Assembly: GCA_029624675.1 (NCBI GenBank)
Contig: JARSSP010000061.1
Coordinates: 29,658 to 61,657, forward strand
DNA: 32,000 nt
Direction: 5' to 3'
From: Candidatus Contendobacter sp.
GTDB lineage: Bacteria > Pseudomonadota > Gammaproteobacteria > Competibacterales > Competibacteraceae
Of this stretch, positions 16,113 to 28,373 are shown one piece after another; position 1 is the stretch's first letter, and each line of letters opens with the position of its first letter. Both the position numbers and the translations under genes were made by a program. A model generated the notes under the pieces. The model was given only the letters and a program-made list of their open reading frames with translations, made no database searches and had not been told where the DNA came from.

Positions 16113-16183
16113 AAAACAAGCGATTTATATTTGAGGCTGTGGGCAACACTTCAAAGTCCGCTTTCAGCGAGAACCCTTCCTGT

Positions 16184-17371
16184 TCACCGCGCCCGCTGCA
16201 AGGCCCGAATCCCCTGCTCCAGCCCTTCCAGCGTCAACGGATACATCCGCTCCCCCATCATGTCCCGCACGATCTGGACCGAGGGAATGTAGCTCCAGCG
16301 GTTTGGCCACACCGGATTGAGCCAGATGGCGTTCGGGTAGGCGCGCAACAAGCGGCTCAGCCAGATGTGGCCGGCCTCGGCGTTGAAGTGCTCGACGCTG
16401 CCGCCCGGATAGGTGATCTCGTAGGGGCTCATGGTGGCGTCGCCGACCAGGATCAGCTTGTAATCCTGGCCGAAGGTGTTCAACACCGTCATCGTGTCGG
16501 TTTTTTCGTTGAAGCGGCGGCGATTGTCCTTCCACACGCCCTCGTAAACCATGTTGTGGAAGTAGAAATATTCCAGGTGCTTGAACTCGCTGCGCGCCGC
16601 CGAAAACAGTTCCTCGCATTCCTGGACGTGATCGTCCATCGACCCGCCGACATCCAAAAACAGCAACACCTTCACCGCGTTGTGCCGCTCCGGCACCATC
16701 TTCAACTCCAGATAGCCGGCGTTGCGGGCGGTTGACTGGATGGTGTCGTCCAGGTCCAGTTCCTGGGCCGCGCCTTCGCGGGCGAACCGGCGCAGGCGGC
16801 GCAGCGCGATCTTGATGTTGCGGGTACCCAGTTCGACCGTATCGTCGAAATTGCGAAATTCGCGGCGATCCCAGACCTTGACCGCCCGCCGGTGGCGCGA
16901 CACGTCCTGACCGATGCGGATACCTTCCGGGTTGTAGCCGTAGGCGCCGAAGGGCGAGGTGCCGGCGGTGCCGATCCATTTGCTGCCGCCCTGGTGGCGG
17001 CCTTCCTGCTCGGCCATGCGCTGGGCGAAGGTTTCCATCAGCTTCTCCCAACCGCCCAGCGCTTCGATCAGTTGCTTGTCCTCCTCGCTCAGGGTCAACT
17101 CCGCCAGCTTGTGCAGCCACTCCAGCGGTACCTTGGCGCCGATCATCTCGTCGAACAGCGTTTCCAATCCCTTGAAGTGGCTGCCGAACACCTGATCGAA
17201 GCGGTCGTAGTGGCGCTCGTCCTTCACCAGAGTCGCCCGCGCCAGGTAATAAAACTCTTCAATGCTGTGCGCGGTCACGCGCTGGCTCAAGGCTTCCAGC
17301 AACGTCAGAAACTCGGTTAGCGTGACCGGCACGCCGGCCTTGCGCAGCCTGAGGAAAAATTCGGTCATCAT
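16184..17371 (-). CDS. VWA domain-containing protein (CoxE-like partner of a MoxR ATPase)
   Basis: 395 aa. N-terminus MMTEFFLRLRKAGVPVTLTEFLTLLEAL. C-terminal VWA domain with the MIDAS-like segment VLLFLDVGGSMD. It lies directly downstream of the MoxR-type ATPase gene with a 49-nt gap. Confidence 0.82.
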   Translation of the reverse strand: MMTEFFLRLRKAGVPVTLTEFLTLLEALSQRVTAHSIEEFYYLARATLVKDERHYDRFDQVFGSHFKGLETLFDEMIGAKVPLEWLHKLAELTLSEEDKQLIEALGGWEKLMETFAQRMAEQEGRHQGGSKWIGTAGTSPFGAYGYNPEGIRIGQDVSRHRRAVKVWDRREFRNFDDTVELGTRNIKIALRRLRRFAREGAAQELDLDDTIQSTARNAGYLELKMVPERHNAVKVLLFLDVGGSMDDHVQECEELFSAARSEFKHLEYFYFHNMVYEGVWKDNRRRFNEKTDTMTVLNTFGQDYKLILVGDATMSPYEITYPGGSVEHFNAEAGHIWLSRLLRAYPNAIWLNPVWPNRWSYIPSVQIVRDMMGERMYPLTLEGLEQGIRALQRAR

Positions 17372-17420
17372 CGGGCAACCCTCGTTCCCAACCTGTCTCC
17401 CCGGCGCAGAGAAGCCATAC

Positions 17421-18272
17421 TCAATCCTTCTTGCGCTTCGACATGAACAGCAGCTTCTCGAACAGATGCACGTCCTGCTCGTTCTTCAGCAACGCGCCAT
17501 ACAGCGGCGGAATCAACTTGTGCTGGTCGCCGCGCAGCGCTTCGGGCGGGATGTCCTCCGCCACCAGCAGCTTGATCCAGTCCAGCAGCTCCGAGGTGGA
17601 CGGCCGTTTCTTCAAGCCCGGCACGTCGCGAATCTCGAAAAACGCCTCCAGCGCCTCGCTCAACAAGCGCTTCTTCAAGTTTGGGTAATGGACGTTGACG
17701 ATCCGCTCCATGGTCTCCCTGTCGGGAAAGCGGATGTAGTGGAAAAAGCAGCGGCGCAGAAAAGCGTCCGGCAGTTCCTTCTCGTTGTTGCTGGTGATGA
17801 TGATGATCGGCCGATGCCGGGCCTTGACCACCTGCCGGGTTTCGTAGACGAAGAACTCCATGCGGTCGAGTTCGTGCAACAGATCGTTGGGAAACTCGAT
17901 GTCGGCCTTGTCGATCTCGTCGATCAACAGCACCGGCTGCACATCGGTGGTAAACGCTTCCCACAGCTTGCCCTTGACGATGTAGTTGGCGATATCGTGG
18001 ACTCGCTCGTCGCCCAGTTGCGAATCGCGCAGCCGCGAGACGGCGTCGTACTCGTACAGGCCCTGCTGGGCCTTGGTGGTGGACTTGATGTGCCACTGGA
18101 GAAAAGGCCGGTTCAGGGCGAGGGCGACTTCCTCGGCCAACTGGGTCTTGCCGGTGCCCGGTTCGCCCTTGACCAGCAGCGGCCGGCCCAGGGTCACGGC
18201 GGCGTTCACCGCCATCATTAAATCGTCGGTGGCGACATAGCGGTCGGTGCCGCTGAAACGGGTTGGGGACAT
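17421..18272 (-). CDS. MoxR-family AAA+ ATPase
   Basis: Walker A GEPGTGKT and Walker B LLIDEIDKA. I place the start at the ATG complement at 18270-18272, with AGGAGA about 10 nt upstream on the minus strand. This gives 283 aa. The longer form in the track (to 18395) adds a non-conserved-looking extension. Confidence 0.87.
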   Translation of the reverse strand: MSPTRFSGTDRYVATDDLMMAVNAAVTLGRPLLVKGEPGTGKTQLAEEVALALNRPFLQWHIKSTTKAQQGLYEYDAVSRLRDSQLGDERVHDIANYIVKGKLWEAFTTDVQPVLLIDEIDKADIEFPNDLLHELDRMEFFVYETRQVVKARHRPIIIITSNNEKELPDAFLRRCFFHYIRFPDRETMERIVNVHYPNLKKRLLSEALEAFFEIRDVPGLKKRPSTSELLDWIKLLVAEDIPPEALRGDQHKLIPPLYGALLKNEQDVHLFEKLLFMSKRKKD

Positions 18273-18419
18273 GGGAACGGGGTCTCCTGCGACGGCGCGA
18301 AGCGGGTGAATGCGAACTTCGATTGTTGGACAGTGTGGCAACGACTGCAAGCTTTTGTATGATGTTGGAGAATCCGACCGCTCCTTGACCGGCAATTCGG
18401 CGCGTGGAAAATCGCCAAC

Positions 18420-18445
18420 GGGATGGACAACGGAACGTCCATCCC
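18420..18445. promoter_or_regulatory. 9-bp perfect stem hairpin in the moxR / yraN divergent region
   Basis: GGGATGGAC - 8 nt - GTCCATCCC, located 34 nt upstream of the proposed yraN GTG start. Function unknown. Confidence 0.3.
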
Positions 18446-18478
18446 ACTCATCAATTCCTTCTCCGCCGGAGGCTGTTC

Positions 18479-18838
18479 GTGATCAGCCGCGTCGCCCAGG
18501 GAACCGCCGCCGAGGACCTGGCTCTCCGTTATCTGGAAGCGCGGGGCCTGAGCCTGGTGGCGCGCAATTTCCGTTGTCGCGTCGGCGAATTGGACCTGAT
18601 CATGCGCGATGGCGAGCAACTGGTGTTCGTGGAAGTGCGCAGCCGCCGCCACAATCGCTACGGCACGCCCGCCGAATCGATCACTCGGTCCAAGCAACAA
18701 CGGCTGTTACGGACCGCCGCGCTTTACCTGCAACGCCAGCGTCTCGACCCGCCCTGCCGCTTCGATGTGGTGGCCATTCTCCAGACCGGCGACGAGCCGA
18801 GGATGGAATGGATTCGAGACGCCTTTCAACTGAACTGA
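18479..18838 (+). CDS. yraN: YraN family (UPF0102) endonuclease-like protein
   Basis: AEDLALRYLEARGLSLVARNFRCRVGELDLIMRD..LVFVEVRSRR....AESIT..KQQRL is typical of YraN. I choose the GTG 18479 start (119 aa) because GGAGG lies 7 nt upstream. The stop is immediately followed by the metH ATG. Confidence 0.82.
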   Translation: MISRVAQGTAAEDLALRYLEARGLSLVARNFRCRVGELDLIMRDGEQLVFVEVRSRRHNRYGTPAESITRSKQQRLLRTAALYLQRQRLDPPCRFDVVAILQTGDEPRMEWIRDAFQLN

Positions 18839-22585
<3,747 letters not shown>

Positions 22586-22595
22586 AGCCCGGAAG

Positions 22596-22744
22596 GTAAC
22601 CGTTCAGGCTCCTCTCGTCCCGCACAGCGATGGGTTTCGCTACGCTCAACCCATCCTACGAAAAAATAATGGGTTGTAGGATGGGTTGAGCGTAGCGAAA
22701 CCCATCGATACGGGGCGAAACCACCACGGGATCTGAACGGTCAC
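22596..22744. mobile_element. MITE-like non-coding element with 12-bp terminal inverted repeats and an 8-bp flanking direct repeat
   Basis: CCCGGAAG (22588-22595) and CCCGGAAG (22745-22752) flank the termini GTAACCGTTCAG ... CTGAACGGTCAC, which match as inverted repeats at 11 of 12 positions. The interior holds the 32-bp perfect palindrome listed separately. No ORF of meaningful size lies inside. Confidence 0.55.
22628..22707. repeat. Perfect 32-bp inverted repeat (REP-like; MGFASLNPSY / VGWVERSETH type sequence)
   Basis: CGATGGGTTTCGCTACGCTCAACCCATCCTAC (22628-22659) and its exact reverse complement (22676-22707) are separated by a 16-nt A-rich loop. It begins 43 nt downstream of the metH stop and could also act as a transcript-stabilising or terminating structure. 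Confidence 0.85.
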
Positions 22745-22927
22745 CCCGGAAGCGCTTTCAAACAACGTCACCCGGCGGTGGGCTCCGAACTCGTCCCGCC
22801 CAAATCGCGACTTGGGTTATAGTACCGTCGCGCGGGACGTGGCGGCGCCGTTCGCTGGCGGGCGAGGCGACCATCCTGCTGATCGTGGACGCCCAGAAAC
22901 GATGTCAGGCCATGGGGGAACAGCACT

Positions 22928-23734
22928 GTGGAAACCAAGACGGTAACGGTAACCGTGAATACGATAGGATTCTTGGAAAAGGAGCGACGGATGATTCGCA
23001 ACATTCTGTCGCTGGCCAGCAACCGAGAGCACACCTACCAACTGGCGCTTAGCAGCCAGGAACCGGCCGACATCATGATCGTCAATGCCGACGACCCCTC
23101 GGCGATGGTCACCTGGAACGAAGTTCGCCAAGTTTTTCCGGAAACCCGCGTGGTGCTGGCCTCGACCACGCCGGCATTCGAATCGGACTACATCTGCATC
23201 AGGCGACCGCTGATCGCGAGCCAGTTGCACGGGGTACTGACGCTGGGTGGACCGCAGAAGACGGTGACGGCACCCAAGCCACACAAATATGAGATGCTCA
23301 GAAAAAGTTTTCTGTTTCGCAACCTGGCCCCAGGTCACCTGGAAAAAATCGCTGACTTGGCGCGAGTGCTGACGTTGCCTGCCCAGCACGTCGTGTTCGA
23401 GAAAACCGATGCGGGTGAGGAGATGCTTGTGGTGTTGAGTGGCCGGCTGAAAATCAGCGTCGCCAACCGGGAGGGGCGCGAAATCGTCCTCGGCACGCTC
23501 GGACCGGGCGAAATCTTCGGCGAAATCGCCATGCTTGACGGCTGCGGGCGTTCGGCCACCGCGACCACACTGACGCCCTGTGAATTGCTGGGCATTCATC
23601 GCAAGGATTTCATGCCGTTCCTGGAGCAGAACCCCAAGGCGGCGGCGGACCTGATCACGGTGCTGGCCCTGCGGTTGCGGCTCAACACCGAGCAACTGGC
23701 GGAACTCATCACCGAGGAAGATGTGTTGCGCTGA
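22928..23734 (+). CDS. Cyclic-nucleotide-binding domain protein with a degenerate receiver-like N-terminal domain and no recognisable output domain
   Basis: C-terminal cNMP-binding fold: FLFRNLAPGHLEKIA..., GPGEIFGEIAMLDG..RSATA. The N-terminal ~110 aa have a receiver-like beta/alpha pattern (TVTVTV...ERRMIRNILSL...ADIMIVNADDP). No HTH follows the cNMP domain. ATG 22991, with AAGGAG 6 nt upstream, is an alternative start. Confidence 0.78.
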   Translation: METKTVTVTVNTIGFLEKERRMIRNILSLASNREHTYQLALSSQEPADIMIVNADDPSAMVTWNEVRQVFPETRVVLASTTPAFESDYICIRRPLIASQLHGVLTLGGPQKTVTAPKPHKYEMLRKSFLFRNLAPGHLEKIADLARVLTLPAQHVVFEKTDAGEEMLVVLSGRLKISVANREGREIVLGTLGPGEIFGEIAMLDGCGRSATATTLTPCELLGIHRKDFMPFLEQNPKAAADLITVLALRLRLNTEQLAELITEEDVLR

Positions 23735-23881
23735 GGCCCGCTGGCGGCATGGCCGTGAGCGCGGCGGTTCTTGCGGCGACGGCGGCAAACGGGTTACGTT
23801 ACCGCCCGACCATCATCATTGCTTCGACCGTTCCGAGCGACCGCCGCGGTGGCGCGGGCGGCGGCCAACAAGGGGACGCTC

Positions 23882-24490
23882 ATGGAACTCGCCTGCCTGG
23901 ACCTGGAAGGGGTCCTGGTGCCGGAAATCTGGATCAATGTCGCCGAGCGCACCGGCATCGAGGCGTTGCGGCTGACCACCCGCGACATTCCCGACTACGA
24001 TCAACTCATGCGGGGGCGGTTGGCGCTGCTGGACCAGCATGGCTTGAAACTGTCCGACATCCAGCGGGTCATCGCTAGCATGGGGCCACTGGACGGGGCG
24101 CGCGAGTTTCTGGGTTGGCTGCGCGAGCGGTTCCAGGTTGTGATCCTGTCAGATACCTATTACGAGTTCGCCATGCCGTTGATGCGGCAACTGGGCTGGC
24201 CGACGCTGTTCTGCCATCGGCTGGAGGTGGTGGATGATCGGGTGATCGGCTATACCCTGCGTCAGGCCGATTCCAAGTGTGAGGCGGTGCGGGCGTTTCA
24301 CGCGCTCAACTTCCGGGTGATCGCCGCCGGCGACTCCTATAATGATACCGCGATGCTGGCCGAAGCCGAGGCCGGCATCCTGTTCCGCCCACCCCAAAAC
24401 GTCATCGATGAATTCCCGCAATTTCCGGTGGCGCGGACTTTCGAAGAGATGCGCGAGGCTTTTCGCAAGGCGAGCGTTCGCGCGCTCTAA
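23882..24490 (+). CDS. thrH: Phosphoserine phosphatase / homoserine phosphotransferase ThrH (HAD superfamily)
   Basis: [18 protein letters not shown]...TTRDIPDYD...[25 protein letters not shown]...[11 protein letters not shown] closely follows the Pseudomonas ThrH sequence as I remember it. 202 aa from ATG 23882. The start in the track (23771) adds an Arg/Ala-rich extension. Confidence 0.85.
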   Translation: MELACLDLEGVLVPEIWINVAERTGIEALRLTTRDIPDYDQLMRGRLALLDQHGLKLSDIQRVIASMGPLDGAREFLGWLRERFQVVILSDTYYEFAMPLMRQLGWPTLFCHRLEVVDDRVIGYTLRQADSKCEAVRAFHALNFRVIAAGDSYNDTAMLAEAEAGILFRPPQNVIDEFPQFPVARTFEEMREAFRKASVRAL

Positions 24491-24525
24491 ACCAGCGCCG
24501 TCCCTCCCCACCATAAACCCCCGCC

Positions 24526-26517
24526 ATGCAGTCCGAATTTGTCAATGCCCTGTTCGCCTGGGTGACCGCGCATCCGGGCTGGATGAGTTTTTTCATTTTC
24601 GTCAGCGCGGCGGCCGAATCGCTCACCATCGTCGGCGTCATCATCCCCGGCGCCCTGGTCATGTTCACCTTGGGCGCCTTCATCGGTCTGGGGCACGTGG
24701 ATTTCTGGTCCGCCTACTGGTGGTCGACCTGGGGCGCCATCGTCGGCGACGCCATCAGCTTCTGGATCGGCCGGGTGTTCCAGCAGGGCATCCGCCGCGT
24801 CTGGCCCTTCACCAAGCACCCGGAACTGATCACCCGTAGCGAGGAATTTTTCCGCAAGCATGGTGGCAAGGGCGTGCTGTTCGGACGCTTCTTCGGCCCG
24901 GTGCGCGGCACTATCCCGACCGTGGCCGGAATGATGGACATGAGTTGGCGCAACTTCATGATCGCCAATGTGGTCTCGGGCGTGCTGTGGGCGCCGGTCT
25001 ACTTGCTGCCGGGCATGGCTTTCGGCGCCTCGCTGGACATCGCCTCGCGGGTGGCGGGACGGCTGGCGGTGCTGATCCTGATCGTTGTGGCGATGCTGTG
25101 GGCGACGACCTGGCTGGTCAAACACCTGGTGCGGCTATTCCAGGCCCACGCCGCCGATTGGGTATCCAGATTCCACGTCTGGAGCCGGAACCGACGTTGG
25201 ATCGGACCTATCAGCGCCTCGCTGCTGGATCCGGAAAAGGCCGAACTGCGCGGGCTGGCAACCCTGGCGGTGCTGCTGCTGGGCGGCATCGTCCTGCTCA
25301 GTTTAAGCCTGAGCGCCGCCGGCCGGCAGTTGCCGAGTGGCCTCGATCTCAGTCTCTACAACTTCTTTCAGGAACTGCGCACGCCCTGGGCCGACGCTCT
25401 GATGGTATTCACCGCCGAACTGGGCGATTATCCGGTGACGTTGCCCGTGAGCCTGGTGGTGTTCGGCTGGCTGATCGAGCGGCGCAATCATGAAGCGGCC
25501 TGGCTCTGGCTGGCGGCATTGGGTTTCGGCATGGTCACCAACCTGCTATTCAAGGGATTGTTGCCGGTGTCCAGCCCCGCCGAGATCGCGCAGGGGGGGG
25601 TGGACTATTCGTTTCCGTCCAGCCACGCCACATTCAGCACCCTGGTATTCGGGTTCCTGGCGGTGCTGGTCGCCCGCGAGATCCCGCCCGCCCGGCGCTG
25701 GATCGTCTATCTGGCGGCGGCGTTCATGATCGTGCCCATCGCTTTCGCGCGCTTGTACTTGGGCATTCACTGGTTGACCGAGACCCTGGCTGGACTCTGT
25801 CTGGGGCTGATCTGGGTCGCGGTGCTTGGCCTGACTTACAACCACCATACGACGAAGAGCGTGGCTTGGCGCCAGTTGCTGTTTGCCAGCGTCGTTACTT
25901 TGTTGGCGACCGATATGCTGCATGTGGGTATCCATTTCCGCGCCGACTTACAGCGTTACCAACCGCAACTCATCGAACAGGTTTTAAGCCGCGCGGCGTG
26001 GTGGAAACAGGATTGGCGGCGCTTGCCCCAGCAGCGCCGGGATTTCGGCGGTCAGCACCGCCAGGATTTCGTGTTGCAATGGGCCGGTACCCGCGCGGAA
26101 GTGGCGGAAAGGCTGGAGAAAGCCGGCTGGCAACCCGCTCCGACGGCGAATGTGAAGAACATGCTATTGTGGCTCAGCCCACAGGTCCAATTGTGGGAAT
26201 TGCCGGTACTCCCCCAAATTCATGAAGGCAGCGAGGACGATCTGACCCTGGTCCGCTACGGCGACGACCCAAATACGCGCTGGCTTTTGCGGCTTTGGGA
26301 TGTGGGCGCGCGATTGGAGCAAGGAGGACCGCCAATCTGGGTCGGCAGCATCAGCCAGCAGAAACTGGAGCCCCGAATGCGGTTGTTCACCTTCGCGGTG
26401 GACGACCCACTGACCCGCGCCCCAGTGGATCTGCTGGCGCCGGCCTGGCAGGGATTGCGAACCCGAGTGGTGAAAGGGGTGAATCCCAACGAGCGCATTA
26501 CCTTGATCGCCGATTGA
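24526..26517 (+). CDS. Three-domain membrane protein: DedA/SNARE-associated + PAP2 phosphatase + LssY-like C-terminal domain
   Basis: DedA-like N-terminus (ESLTIVGVIIPGA..., GRFFGPVRGTIPTVAG). PAP2 motifs (SFPSSHA, ARLYLGIHWLTE). C-terminal WLLRLWDVG...WVGSIS segment of LssY type. Confidence 0.82.
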   Translation: MQSEFVNALFAWVTAHPGWMSFFIFVSAAAESLTIVGVIIPGALVMFTLGAFIGLGHVDFWSAYWWSTWGAIVGDAISFWIGRVFQQGIRRVWPFTKHPELITRSEEFFRKHGGKGVLFGRFFGPVRGTIPTVAGMMDMSWRNFMIANVVSGVLWAPVYLLPGMAFGASLDIASRVAGRLAVLILIVVAMLWATTWLVKHLVRLFQAHAADWVSRFHVWSRNRRWIGPISASLLDPEKAELRGLATLAVLLLGGIVLLSLSLSAAGRQLPSGLDLSLYNFFQELRTPWADALMVFTAELGDYPVTLPVSLVVFGWLIERRNHEAAWLWLAALGFGMVTNLLFKGLLPVSSPAEIAQGGVDYSFPSSHATFSTLVFGFLAVLVAREIPPARRWIVYLAAAFMIVPIAFARLYLGIHWLTETLAGLCLGLIWVAVLGLTYNHHTTKSVAWRQLLFASVVTLLATDMLHVGIHFRADLQRYQPQLIEQVLSRAAWWKQDWRRLPQQRRDFGGQHRQDFVLQWAGTRAEVAERLEKAGWQPAPTANVKNMLLWLSPQVQLWELPVLPQIHEGSEDDLTLVRYGDDPNTRWLLRLWDVGARLEQGGPPIWVGSISQQKLEPRMRLFTFAVDDPLTRAPVDLLAPAWQGLRTRVVKGVNPNERITLIAD

Positions 26518-26560
26518 CGCGGCCCGCTCCAGCGGGTTCGAAATTCAGGAGAAAATCCCC

Positions 26561-27106
26561 ATGTTGATGAGAGCCGAGACATCCTGCCTGCTGGCGGTGG
26601 ATTTTCAGGAGCGGCTGATGCCGGCGATTCACCAGGCCGACCCCGTGGTGGCCCATGGCGCCTGGCTGATCCAGATCGCCCAGCGCCTGGGCGTGCCGGT
26701 GCTGGCGTCGGAACAGTATCCGCAAGGGCTGGGGCGGACAGTGACCGCGATCCGCGAACTGCTGCCGACGGACGCCTTCATGACCAAAACCCATTTTTCC
26801 TGCGCCGCCGAACGGGATTGCATGAGGCGGATCGACGCCATCGGCCGCGAGCAGATCGTCGTGATCGGGGTGGAGGCGCATGTCTGCGTGTTGCAGACCG
26901 CCCTGGATCTGCGGGCGGCGGGCAAGGAAGTGTATCTGGTCGCCGACGCCGTTTCGTCGCGCGCGCCACACGACGTGGAACTGGCCCTGGCGCGGATGCG
27001 CGCCGACGGGGTGCGCATCGTCAGCCGCGAGATGGTGGTGTTCGAGTGGCTGCATCAATCCGGCGATGATCGCTTCCGCGCCATCAGCCGCGAATTCTTG
27101 CGTTGA
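26561..27106 (+). CDS. Isochorismatase-family cysteine hydrolase
   Basis: [22 protein letters not shown] and [19 protein letters not shown] (catalytic Cys context) are typical of the family. An AGGAGA RBS lies upstream of ATG 26561. Confidence 0.83.
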   Translation: MLMRAETSCLLAVDFQERLMPAIHQADPVVAHGAWLIQIAQRLGVPVLASEQYPQGLGRTVTAIRELLPTDAFMTKTHFSCAAERDCMRRIDAIGREQIVVIGVEAHVCVLQTALDLRAAGKEVYLVADAVSSRAPHDVELALARMRADGVRIVSREMVVFEWLHQSGDDRFRAISREFLR

Positions 27107-27134
27107 AGCAGGCTTGACCCACTCGGATAACGCC

Positions 27135-28367
27135 ATGGCCCACCAGTCCTCTCCCGTTCCGCGCCGTCCCCGCGTCGCCGTCCGCGTGGGTTCCGTCCCG
27201 GTGGGCGGCGACGCGCCCATCGTGGTGCAATCCATGACCAACACCGACACCGCCGACGCCGACGCCACCGTTCGCCAAGTCGCGGAACTGGCGCGGGCCG
27301 GCTCGGAACTGGTGCGCGTCACGGTCAACACCGAGGAAGCCGCCGCCGCCGTGCCCTCGATCCGCGAGCGACTGGCGGCGCAAGGAGTGAACGCGCCGCT
27401 GATCGGCGATTTCCATTTCAACGGCCACCGCCTGTTGACCCAATATCCGGCCTGCGCCGAGGCGCTGGACAAATATCGCATCAATCCGGGCAACGTGGGG
27501 CGGGGCCGTAAGAAGGACGAGCAGTTCACCACCATCGTCGAGATCGCCTGCCGCCACGACAAGCCGGTGCGAATCGGGGTCAACTGGGGCAGCCTGGATC
27601 AGGAATTGGCGGGGCGGCTGATGGACGAGAACGCCCGGTTGCCGGCGCCGAAACCGGCCGCCGAGGTGATGCGCGAGGCGATGATCCGTTCCGCGCTGGA
27701 CAGCGCGCGGCGAGCCGAGGCCATCGGCCTGGGCCACGACCGCATCATCCTGTCGGTGAAGATGAGCGGGGTGCAGGACCTGATCGCGGTCTACCGCGAG
27801 CTGGCGGCGCGCTGCGACTATCCCCTGCACCTGGGCCTGACCGAGGCCGGAATGGGCAGCAAGGGCATCGTCGCGTCCACCGCCGCGCTGGCGGTGCTGT
27901 TGCAGGAAGGCATCGGCGACACGATCCGCGTCTCGCTCACCCCGGAACCGGGTGGCAGCCGGACCCAGGAAGTGGTGGTCGCCCAGGAAATCCTGCAAGC
28001 GATGGGCCTGCGCGCGTTCACCCCGGCGGTGGTGGCCTGTCCCGGCTGCGGCCGGACCAGCAGCGACTATTTCCAGCGGCTGGCCCAGGACATTCAGGCG
28101 TATCTGCGCGACCAGATGCCCGTCTGGCGCAACCGCTATCCCGGCGTCGAGGATCTCAAGGTGGCGGTGATGGGCTGCGTGGTCAACGGACCCGGCGAAA
28201 GCAAGCAGGCCCATATCGGCATCAGCCTGCCGGGAACCGGTGAAATCCCGGTGGCGCCGGTTTACGTCGATGGCGAGAAGACCGTGACCCTGAAGGGCGA
28301 GAACATCGCCGCCGAATTTCAACAACTGGTGGCCGATTACGTGGTCCGCCGCTATGGGGCGCGGTAA
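27135..28367 (+). CDS. ispG: 4-hydroxy-3-methylbut-2-en-1-yl diphosphate synthase
   Basis: [31 protein letters not shown] and [10 protein letters not shown] motifs. 410 aa from ATG 27135. The start in the track (26880) overlaps the preceding gene out of frame. Confidence 0.95.
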   Translation: MAHQSSPVPRRPRVAVRVGSVPVGGDAPIVVQSMTNTDTADADATVRQVAELARAGSELVRVTVNTEEAAAAVPSIRERLAAQGVNAPLIGDFHFNGHRLLTQYPACAEALDKYRINPGNVGRGRKKDEQFTTIVEIACRHDKPVRIGVNWGSLDQELAGRLMDENARLPAPKPAAEVMREAMIRSALDSARRAEAIGLGHDRIILSVKMSGVQDLIAVYRELAARCDYPLHLGLTEAGMGSKGIVASTAALAVLLQEGIGDTIRVSLTPEPGGSRTQEVVVAQEILQAMGLRAFTPAVVACPGCGRTSSDYFQRLAQDIQAYLRDQMPVWRNRYPGVEDLKVAVMGCVVNGPGESKQAHIGISLPGTGEIPVAPVYVDGEKTVTLKGENIAAEFQQLVADYVVRRYGAR

Positions 28368-28373
28368 TCGCCC

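Noticed and set aside
9429-16139. An 8-bp match TGAGGCTG at both edges of the defence island (9429-9436 and 16132-16139), as a possible att site or target-site duplication
   Set aside because: The match is only 8 bp, with a chance expectation of a few percent given the search space. No integrase or recombinase is present. Comparison with an empty site would be needed before claiming anything.
18336-18349. Sigma54-like TGGCAA...TGCA upstream of yraN / moxR
   Set aside because: The GG-to-GC spacing is two bases shorter than the -24/-12 consensus, and the strand context is ambiguous.
16088-18447. Long alternative-frame ORFs over the VWA/MoxR genes (16088-16735 +, 16164-17120 -, 17262-18221 +, 17368-18447 -)
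   Set aside because: They are out-of-frame or antisense shadows. The chosen frames contain Walker A/B and VWA/MIDAS motifs; the alternatives do not.
18273-18838. Cobalamin or SAM riboswitch upstream of metH
   Set aside because: metH starts immediately after yraN with no leader. The 200-nt region upstream of yraN shows only one short hairpin and no conserved riboswitch core that I can recognise.
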